Shown here in pieces: positions 20,567-29,732 of a stretch of 36,993 nucleotides of DNA (position 1 is its first letter; the number at the start of each line of letters is the position of its first letter). Below the pieces are notes generated by a model, which was not told where the DNA came from, did not search any database, and saw only the letters and a list, made by a program, of their open reading frames with translations. Origin of the DNA: a virus (Duplodnaviria; Caudoviricetes); IMG/VR virus record IMGVR_UViG_3300006735_000087, positions 1 through 36,993 of that record, one strand, 5' to 3'. Made by a program: the position numbers and the translations under genes.

Positions 20567-22243
20567 ATGGCAGTAGGTAAGAATCTCGCAACTGGTCGTG
20601 CCGATGCGACTCAAAATGCAGTTATGAAGCGAGTGCGTAAGCCTAAGTTCGTAGATAACGGTGTTCGTCATGGCGAGTATACTAAGCAACAGAGTGGATT
20701 CTTGGTAAAGACACCAACATCTAGTGACTTTATCTCTACTCACGATCGAAGGTATTCTCTGATTGAAGAAGAAGATACCATTCGACTATCACATAACACT
20801 GGGGACGGACATAGATACACTGGTAATATATTTGTTAACGATGAAAAGGTTAGTAAAGATGTCAATCCTACTTTACCTCCATTAATCATAGGTGCAGACA
20901 ACCCTGACCAAGCACTAGTACCCGCTTCTATAGAAAGCAGTACGAAAGGTTCACGATATCGCCTTGGAAATCTAAAAGGCTCAGAATTAAAACAAATTGG
21001 TTTTACCGACAAAAGGGTACGGATTGGTCAAAAAATAAACGTGGGATTACGAACTACCGACTTAGTTGGCAGATTAGCCAAAGCCAGTACTAACTCACTA
21101 AATGGACTATCTATCAAAAATCCTAGTGGTACATTTGTAGCGCAGGATTTCTACGGTACGGATGGTGTAAGTGCTATGCGCTTTTTAGCAAAGCATGACG
21201 GATATAATGTTAGTACCGATCAGTTTGGCAATCTTCACTATTCTCATCAGCAAAAACATGGCAGAGAACACATAGTTACACAGACAATGGTTTCAGAAGG
21301 GTCGATTGAAACCGAGGGGAAAAGTACGTTAAACCGTGTAGTAGTTCGGGGAAAAGTCCGTGCTAACAATGATAAAAATGTAGTACAGGTTGATGACTTT
21401 GGACCACAAAAGGACACTGTTAACGAAATACCCGGTGGTATATTTGCTCCTACAGCAGTAACTAAAGCCAGCGCCAAAGCAATAGGGCGAAGATTACTAT
21501 CAATGGCAAAAAAGGCAGAAGGTAATGAGAAGTTGAAGGGTACACTCATGTCAAGTAGAGTACAACCGGGAGATGTAATTTCTTATGAAACTATTACAGA
21601 GTCTAAAAGAAAAATCGTTCTGTCTACTAAACATCATTTGACTCAGCGTAAAACAGACATAGACATAAACTCTGTTGACGGGTCTATAGAGGACATTTTG
21701 CAGAGATTCCAAGAAGTAGATATTGGGTCTAGCACTCGTGATAATGAAGAGCGTAATCGTCAGTTTAGTCGAGAAGAGTTCGCAACAGCGTTTGGATTTA
21801 AAGTAAAAATTACTTGGCAAGTTCAAGCAAGAAGGGTTAAAGATCCGACTGGTGGATTTGTAATTGGCGCTACTAATAGAAATACTATCAAAGGGCGCAG
21901 ATTGTTACAAACCACTGGTATACTAATCAATAATGGGGGCGGTCACGCTATAGGCACCACTAGTTTCAATACTGACGGCACTAATGCCAACGACGTATTT
22001 ACATCAGGTATTATTAGTGCAGGTAAAGCAGATGCATTTGTTTACAAGGCTAATGGAAACCTACTAGGTAAGGTGAGCAGCGCTGGCACTAATTCATTAG
22101 TAGTCGCAACTAAGTCACCCTATGCTGTTGCAGATGATGAAGAGTTATTCCTAATAGTGACAGATGGATTACCTGAAAATGCTAACAATCATCTGAAAAT
22201 AAAAATGATTAAAGGTACATTCTCAAAGAGAAGGAGGGGCTGA
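20567..22243 (+). CDS. Putative baseplate-hub / tail-tip (gp27/gpD-like) protein with C-terminal beta module
   Basis: Hub-like pattern AMRFLAKHDGYNVSTDQFGNLHY...LNRVVVRG...AKAIGRRLL...RVQPGDVISY...IVLSTKHHL. ATG at 20567 follows GGGGAGTGA (the ORF track uses GTG 20561). Fold call is by eye only. Confidence 0.5.
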   Translation: MAVGKNLATGRADATQNAVMKRVRKPKFVDNGVRHGEYTKQQSGFLVKTPTSSDFISTHDRRYSLIEEEDTIRLSHNTGDGHRYTGNIFVNDEKVSKDVNPTLPPLIIGADNPDQALVPASIESSTKGSRYRLGNLKGSELKQIGFTDKRVRIGQKINVGLRTTDLVGRLAKASTNSLNGLSIKNPSGTFVAQDFYGTDGVSAMRFLAKHDGYNVSTDQFGNLHYSHQQKHGREHIVTQTMVSEGSIETEGKSTLNRVVVRGKVRANNDKNVVQVDDFGPQKDTVNEIPGGIFAPTAVTKASAKAIGRRLLSMAKKAEGNEKLKGTLMSSRVQPGDVISYETITESKRKIVLSTKHHLTQRKTDIDINSVDGSIEDILQRFQEVDIGSSTRDNEERNRQFSREEFATAFGFKVKITWQVQARRVKDPTGGFVIGATNRNTIKGRRLLQTTGILINNGGGHAIGTTSFNTDGTNANDVFTSGIISAGKADAFVYKANGNLLGKVSSAGTNSLVVATKSPYAVADDEELFLIVTDGLPENANNHLKIKMIKGTFSKRRRG

Positions 22244-22244
22244 T

Positions 22245-22601
22245 ATGCCATTATTAAATCAAGGAACAAGATATGTAATCGATACGTTGAAATCAAGAAT
22301 AAATGAAGTGGTATTCGGCTTTGGTGGCACACTGGCTAGTCAGGACGATACCGGGGCAGCACAACCAGCGATAGTAGTCACGCCAATAGTGAGGGTCATT
22401 GATGACCATAGTCTGTCAGTAGAGGCTAAAGTACCTCTTACTAACACATTTACTTCTCCTTTCAAAGAGGTAGTAATACAATACAAAAACCCGTCAGACG
22501 CAACAGATACAACCGCCATAGCAAGATATACTTACGATTCAATTGTCAAGACTAGTAACAACGAAATCCTTTTCTCAGCAATCATAGAGGTGAACCCATG
22601 A
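22245..22601 (+). CDS. Small virion protein, possibly a tail-fibre attachment/adaptor
   Basis: 118 aa with GGAGGGG RBS. The pattern (EVVFGFGG...FKEVVI...IARYTY..IVKT..EI.F) resembles tail-collar/fibre N-terminal adaptor domains. ATGA overlap with the next gene. Confidence 0.45.
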   Translation: MPLLNQGTRYVIDTLKSRINEVVFGFGGTLASQDDTGAAQPAIVVTPIVRVIDDHSLSVEAKVPLTNTFTSPFKEVVIQYKNPSDATDTTAIARYTYDSIVKTSNNEILFSAIIEVNP

Positions 22602-23785
22602 CGAACCCGAAGGCAGGGCACACTAGTGCAGCCGGAATGAGCACTGACGCTGAAGGACTGAGGGATGGGGACGGTTTGTCGTCGCCCAGTCTAACTAACC
22701 CTTACGAAGGGTTACATGGTAACGGTATCATACGAATGTCTGATACTGCAGTGGGTACCTCTTTGAGAAATAGTATAGCGGCATCCACACCCGGATTCAT
22801 AGAAACTGCCTCTTCAGGAGTGGTTACAATACACGGTGGATGGTGTATATTAGACGGGGCGCTGTACAAATTTGCAGGTGGGCCGGGCGCTACTCAACAA
22901 ATTACGATAGGGGCAACCGGAACTGCTAATTTTAACGGATCTTTACCAGCGGTTCCTGCAGCAAATAGTGATGTTTTCGTAGTAGTTTACGTGTGCTCTG
23001 ATAGTGGTACAACTGCTAGAATTAGGTACGAAATGGGAACTCCAGTTGTAGCGTCACAGGGTACACCCTTGCTTCCTTCGGGATTCTTGACAGACCCATC
23101 TATTGGGAATACTCGTAGCAACCATCAATCGATTGTTTTAGGCGTTTTGCGCTATACCATGTCGGCAGGCGCTGCGAATGTGACTGCATCTTTGAGTGCT
23201 ACACCTGTATTACACGATAGAAGAGTGTTTATCAGAAGCAGTCCTATCTATTTACAACACATGACAAAAGGTGGCATAACGACAGGCACTGGATTCCACA
23301 CTTCTGCGAACGCCATCGATTCTCACACCGATCTTGCCGCACTATACAGTGGTAACGAAGCCGGTGACTTGACTAACAGTGAATATGGGGCTATTTGGCA
23401 AAGCCATACCCCTGATTCTCATTCTATGCTGTACTATGCAGCATCTAAAACACTAGGTGGCACTAAGGCAATGCATACCCATAGATTGGGGCCTGACGAG
23501 GTAAGTATAATCACTGCTAACACTTCATTTACTTTCGACCAAGCAAACATATGGCTAATCAATGCTAATGGAGGCAGCGCTCACGCCACACTCACACCTA
23601 GTGGTACGTTCCCACCGGGTCATGTAATTGAAATTAGGAACATATCTACTGCTAACTCGTTTAATGCAATTTTCAACGCTAAGACAGACAATGCCAGCGC
23701 CGCCAATATCAACATAGCCAATGGTAAGTATGCTAGATTCGCATACGATGGTAGCGATTGGCACTTGCTAATACTACAGGCCTGA
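22598..23785 (+). CDS. Putative tail fibre / receptor-binding protein
   Basis: 395 aa with GAGGTGA RBS; rich in Gly/Ala/Thr/Ser. The C-terminal beta domain (ATLTPSGTFPPGHVIEIRN...ARFAYDGSDW) resembles phage fibre tip domains. Confidence 0.5.
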   Translation: MTNPKAGHTSAAGMSTDAEGLRDGDGLSSPSLTNPYEGLHGNGIIRMSDTAVGTSLRNSIAASTPGFIETASSGVVTIHGGWCILDGALYKFAGGPGATQQITIGATGTANFNGSLPAVPAANSDVFVVVYVCSDSGTTARIRYEMGTPVVASQGTPLLPSGFLTDPSIGNTRSNHQSIVLGVLRYTMSAGAANVTASLSATPVLHDRRVFIRSSPIYLQHMTKGGITTGTGFHTSANAIDSHTDLAALYSGNEAGDLTNSEYGAIWQSHTPDSHSMLYYAASKTLGGTKAMHTHRLGPDEVSIITANTSFTFDQANIWLINANGGSAHATLTPSGTFPPGHVIEIRNISTANSFNAIFNAKTDNASAANINIANGKYARFAYDGSDWHLLILQA

Positions 23786-23789
23786 TATT

Positions 23790-24029
23790 ATGGGTAAATT
23801 ACTCGCAGAATTGCAGATAGAATGCGTGGAATGTAAAGAGAAAAGCATTCCCCTTGTAATTAGAGGCGTTTACTTTTCCGGCAAGGGTACGACAATTCAG
23901 GAATGTCCGATTTGCGGGCATATGTGCAAATTGGGTGAAAAGTCGCTACCTAAATCTAAGTCTAGCAAGGCCCGCAGGTTTCCCTACGGGCGCTTTGCTA
24001 GAGAATTAGTTACTGCTTCTAGGCAATAA
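23790..24029 (+). CDS. Small Zn-ribbon protein
   Basis: CVEC...CPIC motif pair and a basic C-terminus; last gene of the + strand block. Confidence 0.65.
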   Translation: MGKLLAELQIECVECKEKSIPLVIRGVYFSGKGTTIQECPICGHMCKLGEKSLPKSKSSKARRFPYGRFARELVTASRQ

Positions 24030-25526
24030 TCACTCGCCACGCTTACCGATGATGTCATCGATGCGCAGGATGCTGATAGTGACTTCACTAGCAGACTGAA
24101 TGGCCTGCTTGACTAGATTCAGTGGTTCCCATACATCGGCACTCTTCATTGACATAGTGCCTCCATCCTCGATGTTAGGCCCATAATCAATATTACCTGA
24201 TAGGTGCTCATTTCTGAGTGCCAGCACAGTGTCCAGTGGATCGTGGCCTGCATTCTCAGCGATAGTGGCAGGGATTGTCTCTAGTGCGTCTGCAAAGGCA
24301 TCGATTGCCATCTGAGCACGACCACCAATTTCTGCAGCCCTGCTTCTTAGATTGATAGCAGAGTTGAGATATGCTGCACCTCCGCCCGGTACGACCTCAA
24401 GAGTATTGTATGCTAAGCACACGACACCGAGAGCATCTTCAAAGCCACGCTCGGTTTCATCAAGTGTCTGCTTAGTAGCACCTCTGAGGATAAGAGTAGT
24501 CACTTCGCCCTTGCCTTTGACTACAACATACTTCATGTCACCAATAGTGGTGCATTCGACATCTGCATCAACAGCATCTCCCAAGTCCTCAATGGTGTGA
24601 GCCGCCGCTGTATTAAGAAGTAGACCAAGTGCTGTTAGGTCACTCTCAGGCAAACGCTGTACAACACTGATACCAGCCTTAGCCAGTGTAGCGGCGACCA
24701 CTTCGTTCACATGGTCCCTGACAAACACCGCACCGCCTTCAGGAAGACGCTCGATGATAGCCTCTGCTTTCTTGACCCAAATATCTCTAGTTGTAGTCTG
24801 TTGATATTGTTGGTATTCTGCAGCAGATCCAAGTGACACCTGTACATTGTCCTCATTTTTCTTATTGCTGAGTCCAGTGTTGATTAGTAGTGCTTTACCT
24901 TGTAGTAGTGGCATAGCAGGTAACATGAACTCCTTGTGTAAAACTACACCTGAGAAGCATGTTGAATCCTCTAAGCCTCCACCGGGCTGACACAGGACAC
25001 GGATGCGCTCAAAATCGCCTCCAGCCAATTCTGCCGCTTTGACACATAGTTCACTAACGTGTTCCATAGCAGACTCTAATGACTTACCTGTAATCGAAGT
25101 CTGAGCCACATGCTTTAGATGGGGCTTGGCCGACTCTGATAGTGATTGTATATGTTCAACAGCCCATTGTGCCGCTTGTCTGTAACCTTTACAGATTACA
25201 TTAGGGTGTAGGCCCTTTTCAAATAGTGATTCTGTGTTACTTAGTAATTGTCCCGCCAATACGACTGTACTAGTTGTGCCATCGTAGCACATGCTTTCTT
25301 GTGTGTTAGCGGCTTCGATAATCATCTTGGCACCGGGGTGGGAAACGTCAAGTTCCTGTAGAATTGTAGCCCCGTCATTTGTTACAATGACATTGCCACC
25401 ACCGTCTACCATCATCTTGTCCATTCCCGCCGGACCTAGCGTCGTTCTAACCGTGTCTGCGATTGCTTTCGCAGCACGAATGTTCAGGCTCTGTGCTGTT
25501 TGTTGTTGCTCTCCATTGCTTACCAT
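24030..25526 (-). CDS. Viral group II chaperonin (thermosome-like)
   Basis: Motifs [53 protein letters not shown]-like [15 protein letters not shown] helical-protrusion (lid)-like segment is present at KKNEDNVQV...IWVKKAEAI. Confidence 0.95.
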   Translation of the reverse strand: MVSNGEQQQTAQSLNIRAAKAIADTVRTTLGPAGMDKMMVDGGGNVIVTNDGATILQELDVSHPGAKMIIEAANTQESMCYDGTTSTVVLAGQLLSNTESLFEKGLHPNVICKGYRQAAQWAVEHIQSLSESAKPHLKHVAQTSITGKSLESAMEHVSELCVKAAELAGGDFERIRVLCQPGGGLEDSTCFSGVVLHKEFMLPAMPLLQGKALLINTGLSNKKNEDNVQVSLGSAAEYQQYQQTTTRDIWVKKAEAIIERLPEGGAVFVRDHVNEVVAATLAKAGISVVQRLPESDLTALGLLLNTAAAHTIEDLGDAVDADVECTTIGDMKYVVVKGKGEVTTLILRGATKQTLDETERGFEDALGVVCLAYNTLEVVPGGGAAYLNSAINLRSRAAEIGGRAQMAIDAFADALETIPATIAENAGHDPLDTVLALRNEHLSGNIDYGPNIEDGGTMSMKSADVWEPLNLVKQAIQSASEVTISILRIDDIIGKRGE

Positions 25527-26074
25527 TCTACATCAAACTCCGTTGGTATTTCTTCATTCCTCAATCTCACCCTTATATCACCTGCGCTACTACAGCGCTG
25601 AACTAGTGTGAGTATTATATTTGCATCAGAAATGCATTCTTGTATTATTTTGACCTCGCTACCTTTTTGCCAAACAGGTGCATATATCTCAGTATGTAAT
25701 TGAGATGTTAAATCTGTATCGTTTAGATTGATTTTATGTCCAACCAATGTTTCCAAATCTTTATCGATATTAATGATGTGATTATCGATATGTTCTACCA
25801 TGTCGCTAGGATTCGATTTGGATATACCCGCCCAAGATAGTGTAATCCCGTAATCTTGAGTATTTTTCAATACTAATATACCTCCATTGTCTACTATATG
25901 GGCCATTTCGTCTTGTATTTTTGAGTATTTTATGGGTTTGGAATTGACATAAGATCGATAACTGGTATATACAGTGAGGTAATTTTCACCGGTTACAATT
26001 ACCACTTCAGGTGCATTTACCATGTGTGAAAATTCACTACCATAGGCAAATACTACGAAGTGTTTGCCTTTCAT
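25520..26074 (-). CDS. Hypothetical protein, possibly a catalytically degenerate RNase H-fold (YprB/RNase_H_2-like) exonuclease
   Basis: 184 aa, coupled to both neighbours. The C-terminal [16 protein letters not shown] resembles the ExoIII 'W..G....I..YC..D' motif. No ExoI DxE is visible. Confidence 0.45.
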   Translation of the reverse strand: MKGKHFVVFAYGSEFSHMVNAPEVVIVTGENYLTVYTSYRSYVNSKPIKYSKIQDEMAHIVDNGGILVLKNTQDYGITLSWAGISKSNPSDMVEHIDNHIINIDKDLETLVGHKINLNDTDLTSQLHTEIYAPVWQKGSEVKIIQECISDANIILTLVQRCSSAGDIRVRLRNEEIPTEFDVEW

Positions 26075-26232
26075 TCCTCTTCACCTGTCAGTGTTTTGAG
26101 GCTTTCTTGCATTGCACCCATACAGGCCAAGCAAAAATCACAAAAGTCTACTTTAAGCATACCAAAATAGCCACTGATGCCCTCTTCCTTGTGTTCATAT
26201 TTAGCACCACATAAGGTGCAGGTTTTTTTCAC
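26071..26232 (-). CDS. 53-aa Zn-finger protein (absent from ORF track)
   Basis: Manual translation gives [57 protein letters not shown] overlap with the upstream stop and ATGA overlap with the downstream start; it fills the gap exactly. Confidence 0.8.
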   Translation of the reverse strand: MKKTCTLCGAKYEHKEEGISGYFGMLKVDFCDFCLACMGAMQESLKTLTGEEE

Positions 26233-27638
26233 TTCTCTGCCTCCTTATTTCTATGCTCTTTGAGTAGTCTGACGTACTTACTTTTCCCCTCACGAGTTTC
26301 TTCAAACAGACCTTTCCCTGATTCGTTGTATTTGTTATGTATGCCTGCTTTGCTACTCAGATTTTCAGTTTTACCAAACATCTTCATAACTTCTGCTTTT
26401 TTAGACCAGCCCGGTCCACGATTATCATTGAAGTCATACTGTTCACAGCGCCAATAAGAAGACTTCCAACTGGCCTCTAATTTCCTCTTGGCAGCACCTG
26501 CCATACCTACCTTGACCTCTGATTCTAACCAATCAATTAGATTGTGATATAAGTCATATAGAATTTCTTTAGCCATATCAACGTGGTCACCTGTGACTTT
26601 CCACACACCTTCTATCATAGCCATGTGATGGGCTAGAATGTTAGTATAATTCTGAAGACCCATGATGAAAGAAGCACAAACACCCTGTTTCTTAGGGTCC
26701 ATGTTCTCCACTAAATCGTAGTAGTCATCTATGGCTTGGTGGAGAGCCGATCTGTAAGAGCCATCGATTTCAAACATATCGTACATAGCATTCATGGTCC
26801 AGCCTTCTTGCAATTCACGAGTAGATTGAATCCATTCGTCGCCACTAATCCCGTTGATGTCGAGAACCCTTTGTTTTAATCGTGTTTGGAGATTAGTAAA
26901 GAATTCGACTACCTCTTCGTAAGACATTTCAAATTCTACTTTATTGTGAACGGCATCTGCCAACTCGTGGGCAATGTTTCGCTTCATTTCAAGTGTCCAA
27001 TGCCTCCAATAAACCAATACTCTTTGGAAGATACCCTTGTCAAGTACGTGCTCTTTTATTCCCTGCGGAGGGAAAGTAGTAATCCATAAAGACACTAATG
27101 ATTCAATGGTTATCGTACCGTCTTTCAAGTGTTTAGTTAAGAAATTCCTACCGGTACCTGCAGAGTTCAAAGCCGACTGCAGGAATAGAACAGTTTGTTC
27201 TGAATGCTGTGTAGGTTTGAGTATAATCGAACCCTCGTCAAAATTCATACCTTTAGGGCCGGCTAGTACACCGGGAGTCTGTACTAAGTTGTCATCTCCA
27301 TCTCTACTCCAAGAACCTACCATTGCAGCATCCGTACCAGTTGTATAATCTACGCACTCTATACCTACATCTTTCATAACCTTCTGAATAATTTCAAAGG
27401 CGACAGATTTACCAGTTCTAGTATCTTGAATCCAAAACATACTCACCCTTGGATCGATATTAGATGCCCCAATAGGCATCCTGACAAATGGTAACGCCAC
27501 CTGCCCTAAAATAAAGAAAAAGGATAGTAAACCCGGTATCTCATTGTCCTTCGATACCTCTCTAAAGTGTTCTAAATATCCTCTTAGAATTGGATATTCT
27601 TGCATGCATTCATAATGTTCTACGCTGTGTTCAATCAT
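26229..27638 (-). CDS. MCM-like AAA+ ATPase, putative replicative helicase
   Basis: Walker A-like QDTRTGKS, MCM-like TDAAMVGSW...TPGVLAG, Walker B MNFDE, and arginine-finger-like GIFQRV. Sits in the replication operon. Confidence 0.65.
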   Translation of the reverse strand: MIEHSVEHYECMQEYPILRGYLEHFREVSKDNEIPGLLSFFFILGQVALPFVRMPIGASNIDPRVSMFWIQDTRTGKSVAFEIIQKVMKDVGIECVDYTTGTDAAMVGSWSRDGDDNLVQTPGVLAGPKGMNFDEGSIILKPTQHSEQTVLFLQSALNSAGTGRNFLTKHLKDGTITIESLVSLWITTFPPQGIKEHVLDKGIFQRVLVYWRHWTLEMKRNIAHELADAVHNKVEFEMSYEEVVEFFTNLQTRLKQRVLDINGISGDEWIQSTRELQEGWTMNAMYDMFEIDGSYRSALHQAIDDYYDLVENMDPKKQGVCASFIMGLQNYTNILAHHMAMIEGVWKVTGDHVDMAKEILYDLYHNLIDWLESEVKVGMAGAAKRKLEASWKSSYWRCEQYDFNDNRGPGWSKKAEVMKMFGKTENLSSKAGIHNKYNESGKGLFEETREGKSKYVRLLKEHRNKEAEK

Positions 27639-28348
27639 ATTTTCTCTCTCCGTTTGTTATACTTCCGCTCTACTTTCACTGGTTCTTCGCTCGTGAGAAC
27701 CTCAATTAGTCGCTGTCGCAGAACAGAACCCATCCCCTTCACCTGTTTAACAGATTCGACATGTAACATCTCCTCTATGCTACCACATCGCTCTAGTAGT
27801 TTTTCTACCAAATCCTGCCCAAAGCCGGGCACTGCAAGCAACATATCTGCCCTAATATCGTTAGTGCTGACTCTAGTAATCGCCTTTGCACCATGACTAG
27901 ATGCGGATGTGTGTAATTTGGAATGTAATTTTGTAATAAACATGGCCGCTTCGCTGTAGTTGTTAGCCCTCCATACGTGGCAATCGAAGTCAGCCATTAT
28001 ACGGGCTATGATACCCGTCAGCGTGTTGAGTGATTTGGAATAAGTAGTCTTTCTACCTTGATTATTTGCAATTTTGACATACTTAGCAAGATCGCCGTGA
28101 ATTACTAGGAATACCCTTTGGCAGTTAGCATCTAAGTTTTCCATCTGACGCATTAAGTGTCCTGAATATGTCGATTGAAACAAGTCAGAGATACTTTTGC
28201 ACTCAATATGCCCATCGCCTGCCTTGTAATCACCTATACCTTGTAGAAACTCTTGCTTTACGGGTATACCCTGCCTTTCCGCTGCTCTTACAACAGCATC
28301 TTTCAAAGGACCTCTCTCATTAGAATCAATTATCAATGGTACTTTCAT
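27635..28348 (-). CDS. XPF/ERCC4-family structure-specific endonuclease with C-terminal (HhH)2
   Basis: IIDSNERG, GDY, IECKSISD (ERKxxxD-type), QMENL, and HhH motifs VPGFG and VKGMG. Start placed at ATG 28348 after GGAGGG (the ORF track starts at 28366). Confidence 0.9.
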   Translation of the reverse strand: MKVPLIIDSNERGPLKDAVVRAAERQGIPVKQEFLQGIGDYKAGDGHIECKSISDLFQSTYSGHLMRQMENLDANCQRVFLVIHGDLAKYVKIANNQGRKTTYSKSLNTLTGIIARIMADFDCHVWRANNYSEAAMFITKLHSKLHTSASSHGAKAITRVSTNDIRADMLLAVPGFGQDLVEKLLERCGSIEEMLHVESVKQVKGMGSVLRQRLIEVLTSEEPVKVERKYNKRREKI

Positions 28349-28640
28349 CTCTAAATCCCTCCACATTTATCTGCCATGCACTAACCCTCATCCTTGAACC
28401 CTTCACGGTTCTTTCATCAACGCACCCTACCTTTTTAAAATAAGGATATTTGTTCAATATTTGAGCAAGTGTGCCCTTTGATGGGTTTTTTGAATAGGGT
28501 CGCCCGCCCCTTAACTGAATCTGATTCATCATAATTACATATATTTCGTTTGTTGATAATGTTTCACCATGCTCGTCAAATGCTCTAAATATACGCTTGA
28601 CTGTGTTGGTTATTGGATAGTAGTTTCTGTTTTCTTTCAT
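28326..28640 (-). CDS. Putative winged-helix DNA-binding protein
   Basis: Basic ~104-aa protein with the pattern LSTNEIY...PSKGTLAQILNKYPYFKKVG...W. ATG 28640 overlaps the primase stop (ATGA). Confidence 0.5.
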   Translation of the reverse strand: MKENRNYYPITNTVKRIFRAFDEHGETLSTNEIYVIMMNQIQLRGGRPYSKNPSKGTLAQILNKYPYFKKVGCVDERTVKGSRMRVSAWQINVEGFRDESTIDN

Positions 28641-29731
28641 TCTATAGCCCCCGTTTTGTCCCAATATCTACACTTACCCATACACAGCCCTTTAGACCAC
28701 AACATACTACAAGTTTGAGGGTAATCTTTACCTACAACAGTACTTACTTGGTAACGTGTTATTCCTTCATCAAAGTCAGCCCATTGCAGACTCTTTATGA
28801 AAGAAACAATCTTCTCTGTATGGGTAGTGAGTATGTCTGAATTGAATCTCTCTAAAGGTAAAAAATGTCTAAGGCGTTTTGCTAGATATTTCACCAGTTG
28901 TACCCTTGCATCATGACTAGGGTTGCCTCCTACGTGGCATGCTGCCTGATTGAGGCAGGGTAGTATGATTACGCCGTCCATTTTCAATGTAGGTAGGTCT
29001 AGTGGTGCAGTATTCTTTTGAAATACACCCTTCTTTTCACCGGGCTTCTTTACATCCAGTTTGATGCCATTTTTCCCGTAAGATATGACACCGCTTGTAG
29101 GCTCTAGGGCTTTCTCAAGAATGTGACCCATGCCATTTTCTAAATCCTCTGTATTCAGAGGGACACTCCAGTAACCACGCTTGGCGTTATAGGAGTTAGG
29201 AATACGAATTAACCCACTTGTATCGAATGGTACTGCAGGGTCAGAACAGTACAGATTTAAATCTTTAATCCAGTCATTTACTCTTCTCATACCGGCCTCT
29301 CTAATAGCAGATAGATGGGAGCCGCTGGCAGGGGTGTATGTTTTAGACAGTGCCACCCATATATGGAAGCCACCGCCACTGAACCAAACACCGTGCTCTA
29401 TGTCCTTTTCTAGGAGTTCTCTGTGTAACCTGAGAGCCTGTGATAATGGCACGTCTAGTGCTACATCGGGGCGTTTAGGATTAGTGAAGTCTTTAGGATC
29501 GAAATCTAAAACAAAGTGTCTGATTATCGGAGTCTGTAAGTTTACTCTCTTATGGTTAGGGGCCTCTGTAGCACGATATCCATAAACAGTAGTGTATGCA
29601 TTAGATACACCATTTTTGCCCGCCCAATATCGCTCAAATTCAGAACTATTTCGCACTAATTTTCTGAAGCCTTTGCCTTTTTCTGTACTTAATTCCAAAA
29701 CCTCTCTTGGGAAATCAAACTGTACATACAT
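28637..29731 (-). CDS. Archaeo-eukaryotic primase: PriS catalytic domain fused to a PriL-like Fe-S C-terminal domain
   Basis: AEP motifs FVLDFD, WFSGGGFHIW and D...LIRIPNSYN. C-terminal LPC...HDARVQL...TCSML...LCMGKC. Confidence 0.85.
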   Translation of the reverse strand: MYVQFDFPREVLELSTEKGKGFRKLVRNSSEFERYWAGKNGVSNAYTTVYGYRATEAPNHKRVNLQTPIIRHFVLDFDPKDFTNPKRPDVALDVPLSQALRLHRELLEKDIEHGVWFSGGGFHIWVALSKTYTPASGSHLSAIREAGMRRVNDWIKDLNLYCSDPAVPFDTSGLIRIPNSYNAKRGYWSVPLNTEDLENGMGHILEKALEPTSGVISYGKNGIKLDVKKPGEKKGVFQKNTAPLDLPTLKMDGVIILPCLNQAACHVGGNPSHDARVQLVKYLAKRLRHFLPLERFNSDILTTHTEKIVSFIKSLQWADFDEGITRYQVSTVVGKDYPQTCSMLWSKGLCMGKCRYWDKTGAIE

Positions 29732-29732
29732 T

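Noticed and set aside
4685-21826. Numerous 60-160-aa antisense or alternate-frame ORFs within the giant and hub genes
   Set aside because: They lie within or across long coding genes and lack motifs; this is expected by chance and from codon bias.
26223-26229. T7 tract as a terminator or frameshift site
   Set aside because: It is explained by Lys-Lys codons of the 53-aa gene, and nothing else supports a regulatory role.
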